Source: Methanomassiliicoccaceae archaeon
GTDB lineage: Archaea; Thermoplasmatota; Thermoplasmata; Methanomassiliicoccales; Methanomethylophilaceae
Length of the DNA: 42,282 nucleotides
Reading direction: 5' to 3'
NCBI GenBank assembly: GCA_009780795.1
Contig: WQZJ01000001.1
Coordinates: 1-42,282 of the forward strand
The translations under genes and the position numbers were made by a program. Positions within the stretch are counted from its first letter, which is position 1, and each line of letters opens with the position of its first letter. A model generated the notes under the pieces. That model searched no databases. It had not been told where the DNA came from and saw nothing but the letters and a program-made list of their open reading frames with translations. Shown here in pieces: positions 9,059-17,722 of this stretch.

Positions 9059-9849
9059 CCCGAGAGCTCTGTTTCACGGTGGATGTGGACAGGGATGTCA
9101 ACGAACGCATTCCTGGCAGGACGGACGCGGTATCGCCGAACACCGGCGGAAAGGCAAGGTTCACGTCGTCGGAGGCAGGCGTGAACATGGTACTCGAGCT
9201 GCTTGACAGCATCGGAGCAAAGGCGACGTTCTTCGCTGAGGCGAGGACGCTAAGGAACATAGATGTCCATTTCGGCAAGAACGAGGTTGCAATGCACGGC
9301 CTCGATCACGAGGACATGACGGGCGAGGTGTCCGGGATAACGCTGACCGACGACGAGATGCGCAACATAATGCGAACATCCGCCGATACGATCAGGGACG
9401 TGACCGGCAGCTCACCGAAGGGCTTCAGGGCGCCTTACATGAGGATCGATGAGAGAATAGTGAACATATTACCGGAGTTCGGCATAAGATATGATTCATC
9501 GATGTACGCGGACCTCGGAAGCTCAATGCGCCCGTACCGTCTGAACAGCGGGATAACGGAGATACCCGTCCCCGTCCGTGTCGACGGTAACGGAAAGAGA
9601 ATGGCAGCATACCTGTGGCCGATGCATGAAGGTATCCGCAAATTCAGCGAATATATAGAGATGGCTAACGTCATGGAGGACGGCGTATTCGTGATAGCGA
9701 CACATAGCTGGCACATGACAGAATCCAGATCGGACGGTATTTTCGACAACGCTCGCAGAGAGAAGAACCTGAGAGATGTGAGAGAGATACTAACATCACT
9801 CCTGGACGACGGTTTCAAAATGGCGAGGATGTCCGACGTCGGCGTCTGA
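9055..9849 (+). CDS. polysaccharide deacetylase / NodB-homology (CE4) family protein, cytoplasmic
   Basis: The CE4 motifs are present: FTVDVDRD (Asp pair), HGLDHED (HxxxH) and FRAPYM (RxPY). No signal-peptide-like N-terminus is visible. Its start forms an ATGA overlap with the AMP phosphorylase stop at 9055-9058. Confidence 0.7.
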   Translation: MTRELCFTVDVDRDVNERIPGRTDAVSPNTGGKARFTSSEAGVNMVLELLDSIGAKATFFAEARTLRNIDVHFGKNEVAMHGLDHEDMTGEVSGITLTDDEMRNIMRTSADTIRDVTGSSPKGFRAPYMRIDERIVNILPEFGIRYDSSMYADLGSSMRPYRLNSGITEIPVPVRVDGNGKRMAAYLWPMHEGIRKFSEYIEMANVMEDGVFVIATHSWHMTESRSDGIFDNARREKNLRDVREILTSLLDDGFKMARMSDVGV

Positions 9850-10008
9850 CACACACAGGCGGCACATACTCCGGCCCTCTGACGGACATTTATCCGTCTG
9901 CCGGTCAAAAACGAAAATTTTGAAAGTTCAGAGATACGTCGTGCGGTGTGAAGCCGATGCGCAAAATGATATAAGCGTGCACAATATACAATGGCATAAG
10001 GGGACCGT

Positions 10009-10245
10009 ATGATGTCGCAGACGCAGATAAGTATTGAAACAAGCGTTTACGAGAAGATGAAGCATATAGCGGACGGAAAGGGAATGACGGCCTCCCATTA
10101 TGTCAACGAATTGTTGGAAAAAAGTGCCGAAGAGACCCCGGGAAGGGGCCACGTATGGAAGTTCTTCGGCGTGATAGACGATGAGACCTTCGAGGTTCCT
10201 GAAGATCGACCCGGATCGTGGGATGCCCCGAGGGAAAGATTATGA
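10009..10245 (+). CDS. vapB: ribbon-helix-helix antitoxin (VapB/CopG-like)
   Basis: It is 78 aa, and the N-terminal ISIETSVYEKMKHIADGKGMTASHYVNELLEK fits a beta-strand/helix/helix RHH fold. Its stop overlaps the ATG of a PIN-domain gene (ATGA at 10242-10245). Confidence 0.7.
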   Translation: MMSQTQISIETSVYEKMKHIADGKGMTASHYVNELLEKSAEETPGRGHVWKFFGVIDDETFEVPEDRPGSWDAPRERL

Positions 10246-10645
10246 CATATTTTCTAGATTCGAACATCCTGATATTTTTACTCAGAGGCAAAAACGAAAG
10301 GATTGCGAAAAAGATAGATCTCTCTATGACAATGATATCAAGATTCCTTCCGTGGTCGTGGCGGAACTGATAGAGGGTGCCTGTGCAAGTCGCGATGCCG
10401 AACGCAACATCAAACAAACGCTGACATTCATAGATCCGTATGAAACTGTACCGTTTGATAAAGACACGGCGATGATATGCGGTAAAGTAGGCGCAAAACT
10501 GAGAGCTGAAGGAAGAATGATAGGCCCCAAAGATCTTATGATAGCCGCCACGGTGATATCGCGCAATGGTGTGCTCGTTACGAACAACACAAAAGAATTC
10601 AGTCGTATAGAAGGTCTTCGTTTGGAAGACTGGACCGAACCCTGA
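10242..10645 (+). pseudogene. vapC: PIN-domain VapC toxin interrupted by a frameshift
   Basis: The PIN N-terminus MTYFLDSNILIFLLRGKNERIAKKIDLS is in the frame of ATG 10242, and that frame stops at 10368-10370. The rest of the domain (IKIPSVVVAELIEGA ... DLMIAATVISRNGVLVTNNTKEFSRIEGLRLEDW) is in the -1 frame, running from about 10325 to 10645. The span is 404 nt, which is not a multiple of 3. The frames switch at the tctctct tract at 10319-10325. Confidence 0.8.
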
Positions 10646-10811
10646 ATGCATCTAAAGCGTCTGAATGACGATATCCGTACACTTTCCGTACCTCATCGGG
10701 GGCGCATTCACTCGACTCAGGAAACATGGCACACCGTTCGACCGTCCCACTGTGCCCGCGGGCGCGTGAGAATATTAATACCGCGACTGCAATGCGCAGA
10801 CGGGAGATCAG

Positions 10812-11690
10812 GTGTTCAGGTTAATCAATGGTAATGAGATTTCTTCATCGATATACGAAGAGCTGAAGGGAAGGATAGCCTCGCTCAGGTCGAAGGGCAT
10901 CACGCCGGGACTGGCTGTCGTCCTCGTGGGCGAGGACCCGGCGTCCCAGGTGTACGTCAGGATGAAAGGGAAGAAGTGCGAGGAGCTCGGGATGCATTCG
11001 GTCACGATCGTGCTTCCGGCGGATACGACGGAATCGGAACTTCTTAAAAAAGTGGACGAGCTGAACAGCGACAGTAAGATACACGGGTTCCTGGTCCAGT
11101 TGCCGCTGCCGAAGAACATAGACGAGGATAAGGTGATAAACGCCATAGACCCGAGGAAGGATGTCGACGGGTTCCATCCGAGCAACGTCGGAAGTATGCT
11201 GATCGGAAAGCCGCTGTTCCTTCCGGCGACGCCCGCGGGCGTCCAGCAGATGCTCATCCGCAGCGGTGTCGATATATCAGGCAAGCATGTGGTCGTCGTC
11301 GGCAGAAGCAACATAGTCGGAAAGCCGATTGCCGCAATGCTCGTACAGAAGGGCGCCGGCGCGGATGCTACCGTGACGGTCGTACACTCGAGGACGAAGA
11401 ATTTAGGAGAACTTACCAAATTGGCCGACATACTGATCGTGGCCATGGGGAAGGCGCGGTTCATAACCGCGGATATGGTGAAAGACGGCGCTGTGGTCAT
11501 AGACGTCGGCACGAACAGGATAGACGACCCGTCCAGCGAGAAAGGCTCGAGATTGGTGGGCGATGTGGATTTCGACAACGTCAAGGAAAAGACAGCAGCG
11601 ATAACCCCGGTCCCGGGAGGAGTGGGACCGATGACGATATGCATGCTCATGGCCAACACGGTCATGGCGGCCGAACTATCGTTACTGTGA
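10812..11690 (+). CDS. folD: bifunctional 5,10-methylene-tetrahydrofolate dehydrogenase / methenyl-THF cyclohydrolase
   Basis: It has PASQVYVRMKGKKCEE, HGFLVQLPLP, DVDGFHP, VVVGRSNIVGKP and PVPGGVGPMT. It starts with GTG, preceded by GGGAGAT, and a TATA-like AATATTAATA lies at 10771-10780. Confidence 0.9.
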   Translation: MFRLINGNEISSSIYEELKGRIASLRSKGITPGLAVVLVGEDPASQVYVRMKGKKCEELGMHSVTIVLPADTTESELLKKVDELNSDSKIHGFLVQLPLPKNIDEDKVINAIDPRKDVDGFHPSNVGSMLIGKPLFLPATPAGVQQMLIRSGVDISGKHVVVVGRSNIVGKPIAAMLVQKGAGADATVTVVHSRTKNLGELTKLADILIVAMGKARFITADMVKDGAVVIDVGTNRIDDPSSEKGSRLVGDVDFDNVKEKTAAITPVPGGVGPMTICMLMANTVMAAELSLL

Positions 11691-11708
11691 TGCTACAAAG
11701 GTGACAAA

Positions 11709-12359
11709 ATGAAAGAATGCGAGGCGCACGGATACTACCGTGAAGAGATATGCCCGGTGTGCGGTGACCCGGACGGAAGATTCCTGATGAACGATTCGGA
11801 GGTCGAGAGGCTCGGAAGGACCCTCGCCGGGATACTGAGGCACGGAAAGTTCGAACCCGATATGGACGATCAGGGATTCGTCAGTATGAGAGAGATAATC
11901 TATCTTGTGAAGGAACACAACTACCGCATGCACTGGCTGAGACCGCACCATGTGATCGCGCTGGTCGAGACCGACCCCAAGGGAAGGTACCAGATATCAG
12001 GGGACCTGGTAAGGGCCACGTACGGTCATTCGATACCGCTCGAGCTGGAACTGCCGACGGATGACGTTCCGGCGGAACTGTTCTTCCCGACCACGGCGGA
12101 GGAGGTCGACATAATACTGGAGACCGGACTCCTTCCGTCGGACCGCTCGATGGTCCATCTTTCGTTGACGTACGAGGATGCGATGAGAGCCGGTAAAGTA
12201 AGGGTGGACAATCCGATAATCCTTGTCATAGACGCGGATGCGGTGTTCGATGCCGGTCTCGACATAGGGAAGGCAGGAAGGACCGTGTTCCTTGCAAAGG
12301 AAATACCCCCGGACTGTCTGGAGATCGCGGTCGAGAGCGATTATGCGGAGGATAACTGA
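11709..12359 (+). CDS. kptA: RNA 2'-phosphotransferase Tpt1/KptA with N-terminal Cys/His zinc-ribbon-like extension
   Basis: The Tpt1 blocks are present: LAGILRHGKFEPDMDDQGFV, DPKGRYQISGDLVRATYGHS and VHLS. An N-terminal CEAHGYYREEICPVCG extension precedes them. Confidence 0.8.
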   Translation: MKECEAHGYYREEICPVCGDPDGRFLMNDSEVERLGRTLAGILRHGKFEPDMDDQGFVSMREIIYLVKEHNYRMHWLRPHHVIALVETDPKGRYQISGDLVRATYGHSIPLELELPTDDVPAELFFPTTAEEVDIILETGLLPSDRSMVHLSLTYEDAMRAGKVRVDNPIILVIDADAVFDAGLDIGKAGRTVFLAKEIPPDCLEIAVESDYAEDN

Positions 12360-13306
12360 TGGTCACGCTCAAACCTGAGGAGGTGGAGGCAAAACACGGC
12401 AAACTGTTCTGCCAAGGTTTCTTCACGATGGTGGACGAGGAGAACGGTGTCGCCCAGATAGTGGAGAAATGTGTCTCCCGCGGTCCGATAGAATGGGATC
12501 TCGTCAACAGGAAGAGAACGGGCGGGGTGCTGAGGGACATACGATCGGACGGCATGACGATAGTGATGGACGTCGCCATCGGCGAGGCCCCTCTGAACTT
12601 CGGCCCCGTGTCCGCGGAGCTCGGAGGGCAGGGGATAAGCTCGCTCCTTGTCAAAGGGGACAGGGTGCACACCAAATGGAGCGGCCTGGCAGGTGCGTCG
12701 GTCGGCGTGGGGGCATGCATACCTCAGTGCAGAGATGTCATAGAGACGATATATCCAGATGATTTCAAGATGGGCGGCGCGCACCGCGCCGATGTTGAGA
12801 TAGTGACACCTAAGATGATACGCGTTGTCATCGGCACCGACGACACCGACACCAAGGAGAAGGGAGCGTCATGGGTGCTGATGATGAAGCTCGGACGGGA
12901 GTGCCCCACAGGGAGATTCCTAGACCAGAAGATCATACAGCTCAACCCGAAGGCACCCAATAAGACGACCAACTGCTGTTCCACCGCCGTATCATTCGCT
13001 GTAAGGCCGGATGAGGCCGATGCGCTCGTCGCATTCGCTAAAGATTTCATTGCAAAGAACACATATTCCGACGAGACTGTGATGACCGTGTTCAAGGGAC
13101 TCAAGATACCGAAGAGGCTGGAAGAGTTCGGATGGAGCGCGAAGCGTACGCTTCTGACGCCGGAGGACGCTCACGCGATCGCGGATGAATGCGGCGTGGA
13201 GATAGTCCGTATAACCGGGGACAAGGGCGTGATCGGCGCCGTGGCGGCGATCGGATGCTTCGACATGGGCATAAGGGCCGCCGGGGTACCGGAGGATTTC
13301 AGTTAA
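12359..13306 (+). CDS. uncharacterised protein with a C-terminal TiaS-like (DUF1743-type) nucleotide-binding domain; possibly methanogenesis marker protein 11 family
   Basis: The C-terminal half has VVIGTDDTDTKEKGASWV and IIQLNPKAPNKTTNCCSTA. These resemble the GIDDTDS and RLNPNIPxKTRGN blocks of the TiaS N-terminal domain. The N-terminal 150 aa match nothing I recognise. The gene overlaps the kptA stop by 1 nt (TGATG). Confidence 0.45.
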   Translation: MVTLKPEEVEAKHGKLFCQGFFTMVDEENGVAQIVEKCVSRGPIEWDLVNRKRTGGVLRDIRSDGMTIVMDVAIGEAPLNFGPVSAELGGQGISSLLVKGDRVHTKWSGLAGASVGVGACIPQCRDVIETIYPDDFKMGGAHRADVEIVTPKMIRVVIGTDDTDTKEKGASWVLMMKLGRECPTGRFLDQKIIQLNPKAPNKTTNCCSTAVSFAVRPDEADALVAFAKDFIAKNTYSDETVMTVFKGLKIPKRLEEFGWSAKRTLLTPEDAHAIADECGVEIVRITGDKGVIGAVAAIGCFDMGIRAAGVPEDFS

Positions 13307-13307
13307 G

Positions 13308-14087
13308 ATGACCTTGAAGGATGTTCTGAAGAGGAAGGCGTACAATCGGTACGAGGTAAAGCTCGAGAGAGAAGTGAAACAAGGTCACATACCGAATCAC
13401 GTGGCCGTCATAATGGACGGCAACAGAAGGTATGCCAAGGAGACGCTGAAGGCGGACGCGAAGGAAGGGCACCTGAAAGGTAAGGAAAAACTGGAGGAGA
13501 TGCTGGACTGGTGCATGGAGCTCGGCGTCAAAGTATTGACTGTATATGCATTCTCTACCGAGAACTTCTCGCGGATGGAAGATGAGGTGGAGTTCCTGAT
13601 GGACCTCCTTGAAAAGACACTTATATCGTTCGCGGACGATGAACGGATACATGAGAACAAGATCAAACTGACGGTGATCGGCGACATCGACATGATACCG
13701 GACGAGGTCGCGAGAGCGGTAAGGTATGCTGAGGAGAGAACATCCGAATACACCGGGTTCTACCTGAACATGGCGATAGCATACAGCGGCCGCCAGGAGA
13801 TCAAGGACGCGATAAAGAGCATAGCGCGCAAAGTGAGGGACGGCGAACTGGATGTGGAGGAGATAAGCGAATCGTTGATCTCGGGACATATGTACGCCCC
13901 GTCCCTGCCGGACCCGGACCTGGTCCTCAGGACATCCGGCGAGCTGCGCGTATCTAATTTTCTGCTGTGGCAGATGGCATATTCGGAACTGTATTTCACG
14001 GACATATATTGGCCCGGATTCAGGAAGATGGACTTCATGAGGGCGATAAGGGAGTATCAGTTACGCTCAAGAAGGTTCGGACATTAA
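13308..14087 (+). CDS. uppS: cis-prenyltransferase (undecaprenyl/dolichyl-type di-trans,poly-cis polyprenyl diphosphate synthase)
   Basis: It has HVAVIMDGNRRYAKE, LTVYAFSTENFSR and LVLRTSGELRVSNFLLWQMAYSELYF. Confidence 0.9.
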   Translation: MTLKDVLKRKAYNRYEVKLEREVKQGHIPNHVAVIMDGNRRYAKETLKADAKEGHLKGKEKLEEMLDWCMELGVKVLTVYAFSTENFSRMEDEVEFLMDLLEKTLISFADDERIHENKIKLTVIGDIDMIPDEVARAVRYAEERTSEYTGFYLNMAIAYSGRQEIKDAIKSIARKVRDGELDVEEISESLISGHMYAPSLPDPDLVLRTSGELRVSNFLLWQMAYSELYFTDIYWPGFRKMDFMRAIREYQLRSRRFGH

Positions 14088-14116
14088 TTAATATGAAATA
14101 GTCCATCTCGGGGGCG

Positions 14117-15841
14117 ATGGCATCGGATATCATATTCCTGCATGCTCCGAGCGTGTACGACTTCCGAAAGAAACCGATATTCTACGGGCCGATAAGCGAC
14201 GTGGTCCCCTCGTCACCGGTGTTCGAGATGTATCCGATAGGATTCATGACGATGTCGTCCCACCTGGAGGCGGCCGGATACAGGACGAGAATAGTCAATC
14301 TTGCCGTTCAGATGCTCCAAAGCGCCAAGTTCGACGCCGAGAAAAAAATATCTAAACTGGATGCGAAGGTGTTCGCGATAGACCTGCACTGGATGCCCCA
14401 TGCGCACGGTGCGCTGGAGGTGGCGAAGCTGGTCAAGAAGCATCATCCAGACTCCGTCGTGGAACTGGGAGGTTTCACGTCATCGTATTTCCACGAGGAA
14501 CTGATACAGAGGCCGGAAGTGGACATGGTGATGCGCGGTGATTCGACCGAGATGCCCCACGTGACGCTGATGGACGCCCTGACAAAGGGAAAGGATCTTT
14601 CGGATGTCCCGAACCTCACATGGAAGGACAAGGACGGAAGGATCCATGTCAACGAACTGTCGTTCGTCCCCGATGATCTGGACTGGCTGAAGTTCGATTA
14701 CGGGACGATGATCCGTAACACACTCAGGCACCGCGACATAAAGGGGGCGCTGCCATGGCTGGGCTGGGACAAGCTTCCGCTGGCGTCGGTGTTCACCGTT
14801 CGAGGTTGTTCGTACAACTGTGCGGAATGCGGAGGTTCGGCGTTCGCCAACAAGAGACTCCTGTGCCGCAACAGACCCGCATTCAGGAGCCCGGAGAAGC
14901 TGGCAGAGGACATAGATTCGATAGGCGATTATCTCAAAGCACCGATATTCGTGATCGGTGACATAAGACAGCAGGGCAACGGGTACGCGGAACGTCTTTT
15001 CGAAGAGATCAAGAAAAGGAAGATAGACAACCACCTTGCGTTCGAGCTGTTCAAACCGGCGGACGAGGAATTCTACAGGATGGCGGAGAGCGCACTGGGC
15101 GAATACTCCGTGGAGTTCTCGCCGGACTCCCACGATGAACGGGTGCGCGAAGCGCTCGGAAGGAATTACGATAACGAGTCGATAGAGCGCACGGTACGAA
15201 AGGCGTTCGACCACGGATGCACGAGATTCGATCTGTTCTATATGACCGGCCTTCCGGAACAGACCAGAGAGTCCGCGCTGGACAGCGCCAGAGCATCGAA
15301 GAGGTTATGGGAGCTGGTGGACAAGGATGACGGCCTTTTCATATACAACGCGCCGTTCGCACCGTTCGTCGATCCCGGGAGCAGAGCGTTCGAGGACCCC
15401 GAGAGATGGGGGTACAGGTTCTTCGCCCGCACGCTGGAGGAGCACAGGGCGCTTCTCGATAACCCGTCATGGAAGCATGTGCTCTCGTACGAGACGAAAT
15501 GGATGACGCGCGACGATATCGCAGAGGTGTCGTATGATGCGGCGCTGGAACTGGCGAGGATGGAGCGCAAGTGCGACCGTATATCCAAAGAGGTCTTCGA
15601 TGAGCGCGTGGAGAGGACGACGAACGCCAGAACGATGCTCAAGAGGATAGATAAGATATTATTAATAAAGGACGCGCGCGAGCGCGAAGAGGGTTTGTGG
15701 GCGATAAAAGAGGAGGCGGAGAACCTGATGGCATCCACCGTCTGCAACAAGAAAGACCTCGATTGGAAGACGGGATCGATATGGTCCAACGCCCCCCGTA
15801 TAACTCTCGGCCTGATGAGGAACGCACTCAGGAAAAGATGA
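14117..15841 (+). CDS. radical SAM protein with N-terminal B12-binding-like (Rossmann) domain
   Basis: It has the CX3CX2C motif VRGCSYNCAECGG (Cys231/235/238, nt 14807-14830). About 200 aa precede it, and their layout (LHAPSVYDF..., AIDLHWMPHAHGALEVAKLVKK) resembles cobalamin-binding-domain radical SAM enzymes. The protein is 574 aa. Confidence 0.7.
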   Translation: MASDIIFLHAPSVYDFRKKPIFYGPISDVVPSSPVFEMYPIGFMTMSSHLEAAGYRTRIVNLAVQMLQSAKFDAEKKISKLDAKVFAIDLHWMPHAHGALEVAKLVKKHHPDSVVELGGFTSSYFHEELIQRPEVDMVMRGDSTEMPHVTLMDALTKGKDLSDVPNLTWKDKDGRIHVNELSFVPDDLDWLKFDYGTMIRNTLRHRDIKGALPWLGWDKLPLASVFTVRGCSYNCAECGGSAFANKRLLCRNRPAFRSPEKLAEDIDSIGDYLKAPIFVIGDIRQQGNGYAERLFEEIKKRKIDNHLAFELFKPADEEFYRMAESALGEYSVEFSPDSHDERVREALGRNYDNESIERTVRKAFDHGCTRFDLFYMTGLPEQTRESALDSARASKRLWELVDKDDGLFIYNAPFAPFVDPGSRAFEDPERWGYRFFARTLEEHRALLDNPSWKHVLSYETKWMTRDDIAEVSYDAALELARMERKCDRISKEVFDERVERTTNARTMLKRIDKILLIKDAREREEGLWAIKEEAENLMASTVCNKKDLDWKTGSIWSNAPRITLGLMRNALRKR

Positions 15842-16651
15842 TCATTCCTTCCTTCCGAGTTCCTTGGACCTCATGGTCGCCGCTTCCACCGCGTTCATCA
15901 GGGCGGACCTGAGACCGAACTCCTCGAGTACTTTCACACCCTCGATGGTGGTGCCTCCGGGAGAGCATACGACGTCCTTCATCTTACCCGGCTGCTCGCC
16001 CGTTTCCAATATCGTCTTGGCGGCGCCGAGCAGTGTCTGCGCCGCAAGCTTCATGGACACGTCCCTCGGAAGTCCCATCAGGACCCCGCCGTCAGAAAGT
16101 GCTTCGATCATCATGTACGCATACGCGGGACCGCTGCCGCTCAGCCCCGTCACAGCGTCCAAAAGGTTCTCGCTAACCTCGAACGATATGCCGACCGCCT
16201 TCAACACGCGGTCGACCAGCTCACAGTCCCCGTCCGTCGCCTTCGATCCGCGTGCAAATGCCGACGCGGAGGCCAAAACCATACAGGGCTGGTTAGGCAT
16301 AACACGTATGAAACGACATGCTGGCTCATTAGATTCCAAAGTTGCAGTGGTTGTCCCGGCGAGTATTGACATGACCAAATGGTCCTTCGTAAGGTGACCT
16401 TTCAGCGACGCGAGGACGTCCTTCACCTGCTGCGGTTTCACCGAAAGCACGACGAACTTGGACGCTTTCGCGACCTCGGCGTTGTCCACATGGATGTCTA
16501 TGCCCAGATGTTCGGCGATATGCCTTCTCCGAGGCTCATGGACCTCGCTCGCAACTATCTCGTCCGCCGAATACAGGCCCGTGGATATGACGCCCCTAAT
16601 CATCGCCTCGGCCATGTTGCCGGCGCCGATGAAACCGATCTTCTTGGTCAT
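15842..16651 (-). CDS. proC: pyrroline-5-carboxylate reductase
   Basis: It has the N-terminal KIGFIGAGNMAEAMIRG and the C-terminal CSPGGTTIEG block. Its stop abuts the stop of the convergent radical SAM gene with no spacer. Confidence 0.9.
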   Translation of the reverse strand: MTKKIGFIGAGNMAEAMIRGVISTGLYSADEIVASEVHEPRRRHIAEHLGIDIHVDNAEVAKASKFVVLSVKPQQVKDVLASLKGHLTKDHLVMSILAGTTTATLESNEPACRFIRVMPNQPCMVLASASAFARGSKATDGDCELVDRVLKAVGISFEVSENLLDAVTGLSGSGPAYAYMMIEALSDGGVLMGLPRDVSMKLAAQTLLGAAKTILETGEQPGKMKDVVCSPGGTTIEGVKVLEEFGLRSALMNAVEAATMRSKELGRKE

Positions 16652-16770
16652 TTTTTACACCGTGTGCGCGATGGTTGTGACCGTTAATAAAACCTGCTCC
16701 GGACGCGGTCCGCGCGGTTGTCCCAGCAGTTCACGTTATACGCGCGTAATCTGTCCTATTTTTGTTGGAA

Positions 16771-16790
16771 CTTTTATATAATTATAAATC
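16771..16790 (+). promoter_or_regulatory. TATA-box region of the fpo operon promoter (leaderless fpoA)
   Basis: CTTTTATATAATTATAAATC is centred about 27 nt upstream of ATG 16804. The same 152-bp region must also carry the divergent proC promoter. Confidence 0.5.
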
Positions 16791-16803
16791 ATGCCGAGCC
16801 CCA

Positions 16804-17166
16804 ATGTCATTAATTGCTGAATACCTGCCTGTGGCGATCCTCGCGATCCTCGCGATCGGATTCGCCCCTATCGCATGGCTCTTCTCAAGGTTTTTCAGAC
16901 CGGATAAGCCCTCGCAATGGAGGGACACGACATATGAGTGCGGTTCGGAGCCGATAGGCGATGCGCGCGTACAATTCAAGTTCCAATACTACATCTTTGG
17001 TATCATTTTCGTGGTCTTTGATCTTGTCGCGACGTTCCTGATGCTCTGGGCGGTCGCGTTCACGGAACTGTCTGACGCAGGTAAGGCGTGGGCGGTCCTG
17101 TTCCTCGCGATACTTCTCATAGGCGTGGCTTATGCTTTGAAAAAGGAGGATAAAATATGGATATGA
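16804..17166 (+). CDS. fpoA: Fpo/Nuo-like complex subunit A
   Basis: It has TYECGSEPIGDARVQFKFQYYIFGIIFVVFD, typical of NuoA/ND3. I prefer ATG 16804 because the TATA-rich CTTTTATATAATTATAAAT at 16771-16789 lies inside the longer track ORF. Confidence 0.85.
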   Translation: MSLIAEYLPVAILAILAIGFAPIAWLFSRFFRPDKPSQWRDTTYECGSEPIGDARVQFKFQYYIFGIIFVVFDLVATFLMLWAVAFTELSDAGKAWAVLFLAILLIGVAYALKKEDKIWI

Positions 17167-17720
17167 GCCTGTATCCGCACGCGGTCGCGATGAGCGCGAG
17201 CGAATTCATGTCGTGGTCATCGGCCATGATCAACAATATGCTCAGCTCAGGAACGAAAAGAATTGTCGATAATCTCACAGGCCCGATATGGTCGTGGGCG
17301 ATGAAGAACTCCATCCACCCGCTGCACTTCGGACTGGCATGCTGCGCGCTCGAGATGGCCGCCGCGTCGAACACCAAGTACGATGCGGAGCGCCTCGGTA
17401 CGATATACCGTTCGAGCCCGAGGCAGACGGACGTCCTTCTGATAAACGGATGGATATCCAAGAAGCTCAGGCCGGACATCAGGCGTCTGTACGAGCAGAT
17501 GCCGTCGCCCAAATGGGTGGTGGCGATGGGCGAGTGCGCCATATCCGGAGGTCCGTGGTATGATTCGTACAACATCGTCCAGGGGACCGACCAGATCGTT
17601 CCGGTGGACATATACATCCCTGGCTGCCCGGCAAAGCCGGACGCGATGCTGGACGGTTTCATGCTGCTTCAGCAGAAGATCAACAGATACTTCGAAAGAG
17701 GCGTTTTCATGGAGGACTGA
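17157..17720 (+). CDS. fpoB: Fpo/Nuo-like complex subunit B (N2 cluster subunit)
   Basis: It has FGLACCALEM, GECAISGGPW and IPGCPAKPD, the NuoB/PSST Cys ligands. Confidence 0.9.
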   Translation: MDMSLYPHAVAMSASEFMSWSSAMINNMLSSGTKRIVDNLTGPIWSWAMKNSIHPLHFGLACCALEMAAASNTKYDAERLGTIYRSSPRQTDVLLINGWISKKLRPDIRRLYEQMPSPKWVVAMGECAISGGPWYDSYNIVQGTDQIVPVDIYIPGCPAKPDAMLDGFMLLQQKINRYFERGVFMED

Positions 17721-17722
17721 GC

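Noticed and set aside
9881-9898. Hairpin GACGGA-CATTTA-TCCGTC after the CE4 gene as a terminator
   Set aside because: The stem is only 6 bp and no following oligo-T tract is present. This is too weak to report as a feature.
10646-10811. Possible riboswitch (THF or ZTP type) or small ORF (10646-10834) upstream of folD
   Set aside because: I could not find the conserved ZTP/pfl or THF core sequences. The only structures are a 10-bp palindrome GCCCGCGGGC (10754-10763) and short repeats. The 62-aa ORF has no RBS, TATA or family features and runs across the folD promoter. It is more simply an intergenic region plus the folD promoter.
12359-13306. Calling this ORF tRNA(Ile2) agmatidine synthetase TiaS
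   Set aside because: The TiaS-like DDTD/LNP...KT blocks lie in the C-terminal half rather than at the N-terminus. I see no trace of the OB-fold or zinc-ribbon C-terminal modules of TiaS. Only domain-level similarity is claimed.
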